Shown here: positions 1 through 8,760 of the stretch, one piece after another
Layout of the letters: each line of letters starts with the position of its first letter
Position numbering within the stretch: position 1 is the first letter of the stretch
Source of the DNA: Selaginella moellendorffii
Lineage: Eukaryota > Plantae > Lycopodiophyta
Length of the DNA stretch: 11,248 nt
Direction of reading: 5' to 3'
Assembly: GCF_000143415.4 (NCBI RefSeq)
Contig: NW_003314576.1
Location: 1-11,248, forward strand
Position numbers and translations under genes: made by a program
The notes under the pieces: generated by a model
The model's database searches: none
The model's input: the letters and a program-made list of their open reading frames with translations, nothing else
Told to the model about the DNA's origin: nothing

Positions 1-576
1 CTTCCCATGAAGAGATGTTCTGTCATCAGTTGTAGTGGTGTTTGATTGTGAATCCGTCACATTCTCAAACACTAAGTGCCTCAATTTCCACCGCACAATG
101 CTTCCAATAGTCAGACTGTTTTCTTCTGTGTCAACAACCTCTAAAATCGCAACTCCAATATCATCCCAGCCCAATTCTTGATTAGCAACCGCATCTCTTG
201 GATCGACAACTGTGGCTAAGCCCTCAGCTACCACCTCCCCCTCGGGGTTGTTTAGAAACACTTTTGCCTGAATCCATGTAGCACGGTTCTTAAGATTCAC
301 GGAGGGAACATGCGTCGCACTTGCGCTATCCCCAACATCTGCTTTCTTCTGAAGATTTTTCAAGGCAACAACAACATTTACCCCGACGACCATCTCTCCT
401 CGTTCAATAGCGACCACATTCCCATCGAAGACAGTCTCTACTGATACAGCAGCATTGCCTTCCCCAAGCCTTTCACAGTGTATAACAAAGTTCCGATCCA
501 TAGACACAAGGGTCCCTTTTGCAACTCTCTTCCCACCATTCAAAATGTAAACCTTTTCCCCAACCTTGAAGGCCAT
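1..576 (-). CDS. 3'-partial CDS with two tandem Tnp1/En/Spm-like (Transposase_23-type) beta-rich domains; probable transposon protein
   Basis: Manual translation from ATG at 576-574, just after a polypyrimidine/AG acceptor (cttcttttctgcactttcag, AG at 579-578). It is open for 192 codons to the window edge and has no stop, which probably explains its absence from the ORF track. MAFKVGEKVYILNGGKRVAKGTLVSMDRNFVIHCERLGEGNAAVSVETVF...KVFLNNPEGEVVAEGLATVVDPRDAVANQELGWDDIGVAILEVV...IGSIVRWKLRHLVF. The VA(K/E)G...LG...V(S/A)(V/I)...G..V.W pattern occurs twice (W only in the second copy) and resembles the Tnp1/En/Spm-like domain. Family call by eye. Confidence 0.7.
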   Translation of the reverse strand, partial: MAFKVGEKVYILNGGKRVAKGTLVSMDRNFVIHCERLGEGNAAVSVETVFDGNVVAIERGEMVVGVNVVVALKNLQKKADVGDSASATHVPSVNLKNRATWIQAKVFLNNPEGEVVAEGLATVVDPRDAVANQELGWDDIGVAILEVVDTEENSLTIGSIVRWKLRHLVFENVTDSQSNTTTTDDRTSLHGK

Positions 577-942
577 TCTGAAAGTGCAGAAAAGAAGTTA
601 AGACCATACAAAAAATGATTGGAGAATGGCCTAAATCATAACATACCAAACAACCTCAATAGCATGAGGCCACATGCCATTATTCAAACATGCTATTGAC
701 ACCCACGTGAAATTTCGCATTCACAAAATTGGCATGAGGCCTCATGCCATCTTGATATACACACAGCTGCAGGCAAGTAAAAACATACATGACAATACGC
801 TAGCCATGAAATTGCAAGGGCCCAAGATGGCATGTGGCCTCATGCCATTTCTAAATGTGGTCCTAAGCCATTCCATGGTGAACATACCAGGAAGCACAAG
901 TGCCGAATATCAAGAGGAAGCGGTAGCCACACCAAAGACAGT

Positions 943-1042
943 GCCGCTCGCAACACCGCAACTACTCGTAGCGCCGCTCGCAACACCGCAACTGCTCGTA
1001 GCGCCGCTCGCAACACCGCAACTGCTCGTAGCGCCGCTCGCA
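943..1042 (+). repeat. 30-bp tandem repeat, ~3.3 copies (GCCGCTCGCAACACCGCAACTRCTCGTAGC), decaying to ~1110
   Basis: Units at 943, 973, 1003 and a partial unit at 1033, with one mismatch among the full units. It explains the overlapping repetitive ORFs on both strands. Confidence 0.95.
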
Positions 1043-1476
1043 CAAACTGCCACTCGCATAAACTGCCGCTCGCAATGGCGCTCGCAATGCCGCAACCGCT
1101 CGTAGACGCATAAACCACAGCCCACAACGCCGCTTACACAAGCAGCGCTCACTGCGCTCAGCGGAACCAAGAACACGGCGCACAAAAATGATAGACCTAG
1201 GAATGAGTTCGAGAATTCAAAAATAACACACGCTTGAACGTCACATCAAATCCTCTGACAAACCAGATCTTATGATTCCTCTGACAAATTTCAAACTGAG
1301 TAGCTTCTAGACTTTGCTGTCGGAGGTTGAACTTTGTCACATCATGTCCTTGCCTCGATCCAGCTGTGCCATGTCAGTGATTCGAACTTTGCCATGCCAT
1401 GTCAGCGATCCGCGCCAAGATTATTCGCCGTGTAAAGGAATAATTACGCTGTGTGTGTACGTCCATTTATGGCAAT

Positions 1477-1544
1477 ATAAGGCCACACGCCATTCAAAGA
1501 ATAATGCTCGACATAAGGCCACACGCCATTCAAAGAATAATGCT
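1477..1544 (+). repeat. 36-bp-period tandem duplication that includes the right half of the palindrome
   Basis: ataaggccacacgccattcaaagaataatgct at 1477 and 1513. Confidence 0.9.
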
Positions 1545-2853
1545 AGTCGAGCATTTTTTGGTGCATTTTTGGGTTCAAAATTGCATGAGCCCACACGCTA
1601 TAAAATTTACCTGTACCAAAAATAGAAACAGCTTTATTTACTTGGGAATTTAAGTGGTTGAGGCATTTTTAAACTTACAAACACATGCCCTACTTACATT
1701 CCTTTGGTTGCCTAAAATTCAAAAATATTATAAACCTTTCTTTTTGCATTTTCAATGTTTTCAATTATGGTTTTTGATTTTCGTAGGACCAGCCTAGTAA
1801 TCTATTTGCATCCCGTCATGTTTATAGCTAGCTTTCGTTCGTCCCCTTCACTAGCCTGAGATACATCTGCTCGGCATCTGCCTCTTACAGCATTTGCCCA
1901 GAAAGGGCATCTTTCTTCACGCAGCATTTGCCACATGTTTAGGGTTTAGGGTTTAGCAATTCAGTAGCTTGATAAACATGCAAATACAGAACTTGATGCA
2001 AAATCCTTTGATATGTCACAATGCCCCTAGGACCATAAACACATTTCAATAGAGAGGGTCCTTTCATTTCATAACTCCTTACGTAGATCTTGGTGAAACC
2101 AGAGTTAGTGAAGTTAGTTTCTTGTGATCCCGCATCTGATTGTGATGTCCCTTTGCAGTGTTGATGGAAAGGTCAATGCACACTAAACTGTGAAATCTTG
2201 GAGCAAAATAACGGTCGGATCTATGGCAAATGCCCCTGAAACATTGTAAGGCTCGTGTGGTCTCATGTGGTGTCTGATCGAGATGCTTCTTTGCAGGGTC
2301 ATCAAGAAAGACATTGTATACCATTCTGTAAAATCTAGTTGCGATCTAACGGTTGGATCTCCAGAAAACTCAAAACAATCTCGCGCGTGTCAGAATATCC
2401 TAGGAATATACTCCTATGTGCCCCTGAAAATGGCATGCGGCCCCACGCCATTCAAGAGATAATGCCAGATGACGCCGAGAATTTTTTGGTGCATTTTTTG
2501 GGTTCAAAATTGCATGAGCCCACACGCTATAAAGTTTATCTTTGCCAAATAGAGAAATGTTTATCTGTGTCATGTGAGGTAGTTACAGTCCTTTGTGCTC
2601 GGCATCTGCCTCTTGCAGCATTTGCATTGAAAGGGAATTTTTCTCCATTCAGCATTTGGCCCTGAAAATGGCATGCGCCCACACGCCATTCAAGGAATAA
2701 CGCCACAGGACGCCTGGATTTTTGGGTTTAAAATGTTTAGGGTTTTTTGGGTTTTTTCAAAATATTTTGGGTCCAACGTTTTTTGGGTTTCTTTGGTTCA
2801 AAATTGCATGAGCCCACACGCTATAATATTGATTTGAGAGAAAAATAGAAACA
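1508..2853 (+). repeat. Three dispersed direct-repeat modules, each with a pair of palindromes
   Basis: Modules at ~1508-1631, ~2421-2557 and ~2659-2853 share: palindrome + ttcaa..ataa + T-rich spacer + ggttcaaaATTGCATGAGCCCACACGCTATaa (identical at 1580, 2509, 2803) + aaatag. A second block, tgctcggcatctgcctcttrcagcatttgc, recurs at ~1868 and ~2596. Confidence 0.85.
1938..1956 (+). repeat. Short interstitial plant telomere-type repeat / telo-box, (TTTAGGG)2 + TTTAG
   Basis: tttagggtttagggtttag, with one more TTTAGGG near 2736. TTTAGGG is the canonical plant telomere repeat, and its complement AAACCCTA is the telo-box promoter element. Confidence 0.6.
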
Positions 2854-2999
2854 GATAGAATTTCTTTATTTAGCTGAACATCTGCCATTTTTGGAAATAC
2901 AAGATGCTTTGGAATATCCAATCATGCATGGTATAAATATAGCGAGGGTATTAAATGATATCCCAATCATGATCTTTCTTTTGGATTTCGCGTGCATGC

Positions 3000-3107
3000 A
3001 GTCCGAGGAATGATGACGTTGCGGATTTCTTTTGGATTTTGCGTGCTTGCATGCGCGCGGCAATCCAGAAATTAATGGTGGCGCCCAAGTCCGAGGAATG
3101 ATGACGT
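3000..3107 (+). promoter_or_regulatory. Exact 20-bp direct repeat containing TGACGT (bZIP-type core) upstream of the plus-strand gene
   Basis: agtccgaggaatgatgacgt at 3000-3019 and 3088-3107. ttcttttggatttygcgtgc is also duplicated (~2977 and ~3027). A regulatory role is inferred. Confidence 0.5.
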
Positions 3108-3169
3108 GGCGGGATTACCAACCGTTGTGACATTTCGCGCGTGTGAGGTTAGGTTTTGCATTTTGCTTT

Positions 3170-3312
3170 GTACTCGCGCTCGCGCTCGCATCACACTCGC
3201 GCTCCCGCTCGCATCGCGCTCCCACTCGCGATCACGCTCACTTCTCTACAGGTTTCTCGTGTGCATCGGCGTCCACTCGCGCTCGCATCGCGCTCGTGTG
3301 CATCGGCGTCCA
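3170..3312 (+). repeat. CpG-rich low-complexity (CTCGCG)n-like tract
   Basis: Repeated ctcgcg/ctcgca units and a duplicated ctcgtgtgcatcggcgtccact (~3256 and ~3293). Confidence 0.75.
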
Positions 3313-3420
3313 CTTCAAGACACACCCAGTTTGTAACTTCGCCGCCAACTCCGCCGCCCACTCCACCACCCACACGCAGCCCACTTGGCGTCCCGGGAGA
3401 TTTCAGCACCACTCTCCAAC

Positions 3421-3426
3421 TATAAG
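3421..3426 (+). promoter_or_regulatory. Candidate TATA box of the plus-strand gene
   Basis: TATAAG in a GC-rich context, ~100 nt upstream of the ATG at 3523. Confidence 0.35.
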
Positions 3427-4433
3427 TGGCAGAGTAGCCTTGCTGCTACGATCCGCTGCACACACAGTGCACATTCGCCAGCGAGTCCGGCCTCGATTGT
3501 CACGGCCTCCATTCGGCTTCAAATGGTAAGTCTTTTAGACGAAGTAGAAAATGGCATGAGGCCACATGCCATTCAGTAGCAACATTGGCATGCACCGATT
3601 GGGCTCTCGAGTGCAGTCCGGTTACAGATGGCGTGTAGCCTCACGCCATCTTAGGATGCAGCCTCAAGACATCTGATGCAGTGGTGAATGGCGTGTGGCC
3701 TCACGTTATTTCCAGCTGCTAGCTTTTCATCTGTCAGCTCTAATTGTTGTGCATTTTTGAACAGGCGAGGAATTGCGTTCTTCTTCCAGCCACTGTCAAT
3801 GTGGATGCAGAGAAGGGGGAGGAGCTCACCAGTTGGACTTTCGGGATGGAAGGCGAGGATCTGATGCTGTACAACACAAATGGTGGGAGAAAAGAATGCA
3901 TGGGGATCCTCATCCAAGTGACAGACACTCCATGCAGTTCCATGCAAGAATATGGACTGGCACTTGTGGTAGAGACAGCGTCCGCCTTCAAGATCCACCT
4001 TGCACATCCTAGCGGCTTCCCGGAGGGGGGCAGCGGCTATGAGGAATTCCTAGAGGGAGCTAGGGAGAGGTTGTCCAGGAGGCCCACAATTTCAAAGACG
4101 CTGCGGGTTTATGAAGATCACATGGAATCCACGGACCTCACCTACGGTGATGTTCAAAAACTATATTCCAACATTGAGCCGTTGAGAGTGCCTCCAGTTT
4201 GCGAAGCGAAGGGGAAGGGGGTCGATCTGGAAACTACCCCGAAGCAGAAAAGGGTGGTCAAGCTCAAGCCGACGTCCGACTCTGCTGCTCCAAAAAAGAA
4301 GCTACTCGGTGATGCCATTGCCTCGGGTTCGAACACTACACCCACCAAAAAGAAGAGCTGCAAAGAGCAGAAAGAGCAAGAAGAGGCAGCAAAAATCGTC
4401 GCAGATAATAGTACTTGTTACTATTCCAACAAA

Positions 4434-4830
4434 GTATATACAATCGACGTGAGCCGTATCGAGATCCAAAGCAAATACAACCACAGGCTAGTATCTGATG
4501 AGTGGGTGGAGAAACTGAAGCAGAAGATGCTGGCAAGTCCAGTAACACCCGACATCGCAGACGTGATCCCCTACTACCGAACAATGAAGGGCGAGACGAG
4601 GTTTCCAGACTTGATCAATAGGAAGGTGTTGGACGATCAGAACATCCGGTTCTATGCCGTCTCCGGGCAGCATTCTAGCTTGGCGATGCAACAGATAGTT
4701 GTGGATATTATGGTGGGCGAGGAGGTGAAGAAAGTCTTCAAGACAAGAGTTGTCCGCCTGATAAAAGGCAACTCGCCCCTCCGATCTATCATATACATCT
4801 CCCACGCGCAGAATGTCAAGCAAGAAACGT
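4434..4830 (+). other. ParB/Sulfiredoxin-like N-terminal domain within the large gene
   Basis: YTIDVSRIEIQSKYNHRLVSDEWVEKLKQKML resembles the ParB start (I....I.....QPR..F....L..L..SI). FYAVSGQHS (codons 4650-4676) matches the Y.I..G.(R/H)R box, closest to the DGQHR variant. ISHAQN (N at 4812) lies where ParB has EN..R. Recognised by eye. Confidence 0.6.
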
Positions 4831-5619
4831 GCTACAAATCGGGTCTGCACGAGACATTGGCACGAACACGGAAGCTCTGGGTTCAACTGAAGAAGCCACA
4901 AAAACCAGGACAAGGACGTGCACTAGCAACTAGCGCCTGGCAGGTAAGCCTCGTTGCATGTGGCATAGCATGTGGCCTCACGCCATTTCCATTGCAGGAA
5001 TTCTCGAGTCTTCTCTCGAAAACACTGGGGGTCAATGACACACTCAGCATCCATAACATTCTACTCGCGACAAAAGTTGTTTTTGACAAATGGGTAGATG
5101 TGCTAAGGAGGTACCATGACGGGGAGTTGCTAAACTCAATGGGTGTGGAGGACGGCCGGAAGCCCAATGATTTGAAGCTCAACGCCTTGCGTTTCTCGCG
5201 GTCTCTAGACGACGACGACCTTCTGACAGTGGCTAATGCTCTTCTACTTGGTGAGGTAGTCTTCAACAAGACCAAAATGACTCCCGGCCATATTGTGACA
5301 TACGAGGACTTGTGCACGACTCTGAGAGCTCGTGCGCTATTGAAGGATTGGATCTTCTAGCAAGTGGCCGTGGCGAGGGTGAGCATCGACACCACGCAAG
5401 AGATGATGGAAGAGCTGGACTTGTCAAATGAAGACATCGACGAGTACGTGAAGGGGGCCCCCAAGTTCATCGATCTGCTGCGGGATGCCACGAAAAGTAA
5501 AGCTGAGAAGTTGGATCAGTATCCAAATTTCATTAAGAGGGATGTCGACCGCCGGCTTCAGAAACAGCTCGACCCCGCAGCAGAGGCCTATCGAGAACCT
5601 TACCGGGTATACGTGAATT

Positions 5620-6270
5620 CGGATGAGGATCAAAGGTGGAGGAGCATCGTTTCCCGCGGAGATGAGCAGGTCAAGAACATCTTTTGTGTGATGGACTTCA
5701 CAAACGAGGAGATCACTCATGCAGACGAAGTCAGCTCCATCATTGACTTAATGGTGGGACTTGCGGAGGTGGAATCTTCAGTCCACTATATGATCTACGA
5801 CTCCGAATCCTATCACAAGTTCTGGAAGGCCTTGAACGAGGTGAAGGCTCGGTTGAAAGGCAAGGAGATGCAGGAGATCCATGGGATAATGGCTAAGAAG
5901 AAGATACTGACGAATGTCCGCATCTTCACACTCACCCTTGTTATTGGTCCTGCAGCAGAGTGGGACTGGAGTGACTTCCCAGCTTCGTTCGACAAGGCCG
6001 ATCGAATTGATCTGAGGGAGGTCAATTTACCCGTGCCTGAGGAACTGAAGACGGCTATGGAGCTTTCGAATCCAAAGAAAGCTCCAGGTGCAGCATGGGA
6101 AATGCTCAGTTGGGTCTTCAACGCAATAGCGGGTGGGTCACCTGCTTCCGACTCCAAGGGCAAATGCGTTGTCGAGTACAACTGCGGCGGACTATTCTTT
6201 CAAGCCGCACTACTCAAGGGTGTCCCGTGTGTTGTGGTGACAAACTCCATTGAAGAGGTGACTTCAATGA
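5620..6270 (+). other. Possible degenerate beta-class (N4C/N6A) DNA methyltransferase-like fold
   Basis: NPKKAP...MLSWVFNAI...KGKCVVEYNCGGLFFQAALLKGVPCVVV parallels the C-terminal motif X/I region HPT.KP..LL..LI...GD.VLDPF.GSGTT..AA...GR..IG.E. NIFCVMDFTN (~5676-5705) lies where DPPY would be but lacks the PPY. Confidence 0.35.
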
Positions 6271-7139
6271 AGCATATAATTACAGTTGCCAAAGAAAAAC
6301 AGTATCTTCTCTGCGAACCTGGTGAGTACGCACTTTAAGTTTAAATGTTATCTCACAAGCTCTGTATGCAGGAGCGTGGCCACCCCCAGATGCTGAAACG
6401 GCGTTAACAGCTACTGTTGGGCCGAGCTCACAACCTGCACAAGGTAAGGTCACGTGAGGCCTCACGCCATTTTGATTATAGATCGTTGTGAATATTCAGA
6501 CACGAGGACTGAAAAGCGCACTGGTGGCGCGTCGAAGAAGGACAAACAGACAAGCAATAGGAAAAAAGGAGGTACAAATTATATTTGCAATGGCGTGTGG
6601 TCTCATGCCATTCCTTGCAGGAGACACTTCTTCAAAGGCAAAACAGGCAAGCACCAGCCAAGCTCAAACTGACAGTGGTCATAAAAAGCGAAAGCACGTT
6701 GGACAGTCGTCGGGATCAGAGGCGTTTGATTCGAAAAGGAAGAAGGGCAACGAAAAGATGATAGGTAATGCCTCGCGGTTATGGCGTGTGTGCTCATGCC
6801 ATTCATTGCAGATCAAGGGCTGAGTGAAAGGAGCCAGTCACCACCTTCTGACTCAGATTCCTATGGCGGACTCCCCTTCCCCAATCTCAATGGAGAGGTA
6901 CAATGGATGAGGGATGCTTTTCAAGTCAGGGCCACGTTTTTCTCATCTCGTCGTCTTCGAAGGGTGCAAGAACGTGCAGAAACCATGTTAAGACAGTCGG
7001 GTGAGGATACGGTCCTAGGTCACGCACTAAAACAGGCTATGGATGTCTTGTATTTTGAGATGGAGACTCGGCCAGATGATTTTTCCAAGATGGTCCTGGA
7101 AAAACAAGCAATCCAGCCTGAGCAGCCTATGGAAGAAAT

Positions 7140-7305
7140 GCAAGAGGGGGATGAGGAGCCAGAGAAAGATAATGAGCAGGAAGAGCAGAAGGACGAAGAG
7201 GAGGACGAAGAAGAGGAGGACGAAGAAGAGGAGGACGAAGAGGACTTGGATGGTCCTCACAATGGTGACGATCACAATAACGACGATAACGATGATGACG
7301 ATGAT
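7140..7305 (+). repeat. Asp/Glu-rich low-complexity coding tract with GAGGACGAAGAAGAG-type repeats
   Basis: Encodes QEGDEEPEKDNEQEEQKDEEEDEEEEDEEEEDEEDLDGPHNGDDHNNDDNDDDDD. Confidence 0.85.
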
Positions 7306-8289
7306 GGCCAGCCTGAGGTGGCCAAAGAGCAGCGGAGGAAGGTCATACAAGACAAACCATCAGGTAAATAATAGTACATCCATTCCTAACCTTTTACCAT
7401 TTCTAACATTGTCCATGTAGGTCGCAGAAGAAATGGTAAGTAGAGATTATTCAGTTGAATTAAGATACAAACTCTAGCCTTTAGTGTCGAGGAAGGATAG
7501 TGCCAAGCAAGGGTCGAAACGTATGTCCAATCCTTCAGAATCAGCAGTGCGCCCAAGTGATATCGGTCCTAGTTCCTCAATAGCAGTTGATGGTAAATAC
7601 AGTATAGTCGATTCAATGTGCTAATGAGTTTGTTTTTAGTAGCACGGGAGGATACCATCTCAATCGAAGGGAGATATTTGGACATGCATATGGATCCGCC
7701 AGTGGACTCTACTTGCCTGCAAGAGTCATCAGAGCTGGTGGAGGCTACTATCCATATCAACGCCAAGCAAGCTGACCACGCTCCACTTGATGCTGCCCAT
7801 ACCACTGAGTCAATCTTGTCCACGTATCCAACTGACGGTGACCAGGCGCCATTGGACCCACATGAGGCCGCCCCAGCCGCCGAGCCGGTCGTATCCTCAT
7901 TTCCAACGGACTCAACGTGTGCCCAATCGTCTGACTACGCGCCGTTGGAACCTCCCTACACCGCCCCTACTGCCTGTTCGGTCATGTCCACTTTGCCAAC
8001 GGAGGCACCAGCTGAAATGGCGTGTGATCACACGCCATCGGAACCACCCCATGCCACTGTTGAGCCAGTTGTACCAGAGTCTACAGCTGAAATGGCATGT
8101 GCCCACACGCCATCGGATGCGATTGACCCCACATTGCAGAGGAGAGTATTTCCGCCCTTCACGTTTCCTCGACCAAAACCCTCTCAACGACCATCGGGAG
8201 CACCATTCGCTAATATTGTAGATGGTAAAATTGACTTGTACCATTTTTTATGCTAACGCATTTCATTTCAGAGTCACGGCGAAAGTACT

Positions 8290-8760
8290 GTATCATTTTT
8301 GATCTGAACGGTGTCCTTTTCTCCCATGAGCGTGGCTCGTCCTCGAATGTCACTGCACCCTCCAAAGCCTGCGGTCGCAAGTTGGTCAAAAGAGACAGAT
8401 TCACATTAATCACACGGGAGAAACTGCGGGATCTAATAATGACCATGCGACACTTAAAACAGAGGGCCGGGTTCAATTTGCAATTGGGAGTTTGGACATC
8501 CATGATGCGCCACAATGCATTAACGTTGCTACAGATGATGCACGATCAGACGCGAGTAATATTACCATTTGACTTTCTCCTAACGCAGGAGGATTGCTTG
8601 ACTATGGTCCATGTGAGGGGTAGCAAGCCCATCTTCGTCAAGGCAGAGGCTGTAGTGATGAACCGGACTGCTAGGTCAAGTGAAATCCTCATCATCGATG
8701 ACTCGCCGATTAAAACTGCAGCGAACACGCACACATATGCAGTGCACCCCATCTCTTGCA
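8290..8760 (+). other. FCP1-homology / NIF (HAD superfamily) phosphatase-like domain
   Basis: IIFDLNGVL (DLNGVL at 8301-8318, motif I with DxN instead of DxD), LGVWTS (motif II), KPIFVK and LIIDDSPIK (DDSP at 8697-8708). Order and spacing match the DLNG subfamily of FCP1-homology proteins. Confidence 0.85.

Noticed and set aside
674-1185. Five overlapping ORFs on both strands
   Set aside because: They are by-products of the stop-free 30-bp GC-rich tandem repeat, with no recognisable domain.
1938-1956. True telomere or chromosome-end signature
   Set aside because: There are fewer than three repeat units and they are internal, consistent with a telo-box or chance.
1314-3579. Short ORFs in the intergenic region, including recurring peptides MRPHAI / MACGL.PF
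   Set aside because: The recurring peptides are translations of the DNA palindrome in different frames; the rest derive from repeats or low-complexity DNA.
659-3709. CRISPR array or bacterial REP/BIME interpretation of the palindromes
   Set aside because: Spacing is irregular (tens to >1,000 nt), copies sit inside spliceosomal-type introns and an exon, no cas or RAYT gene is visible, and the context is eukaryotic.
5358-5360. Non-standard genetic code (TAR = Gln) or programmed readthrough
   Set aside because: Only one internal TAR occurs in ~1,620 codons while CAA/CAG are used many times, so a nonsense mutation is simpler.
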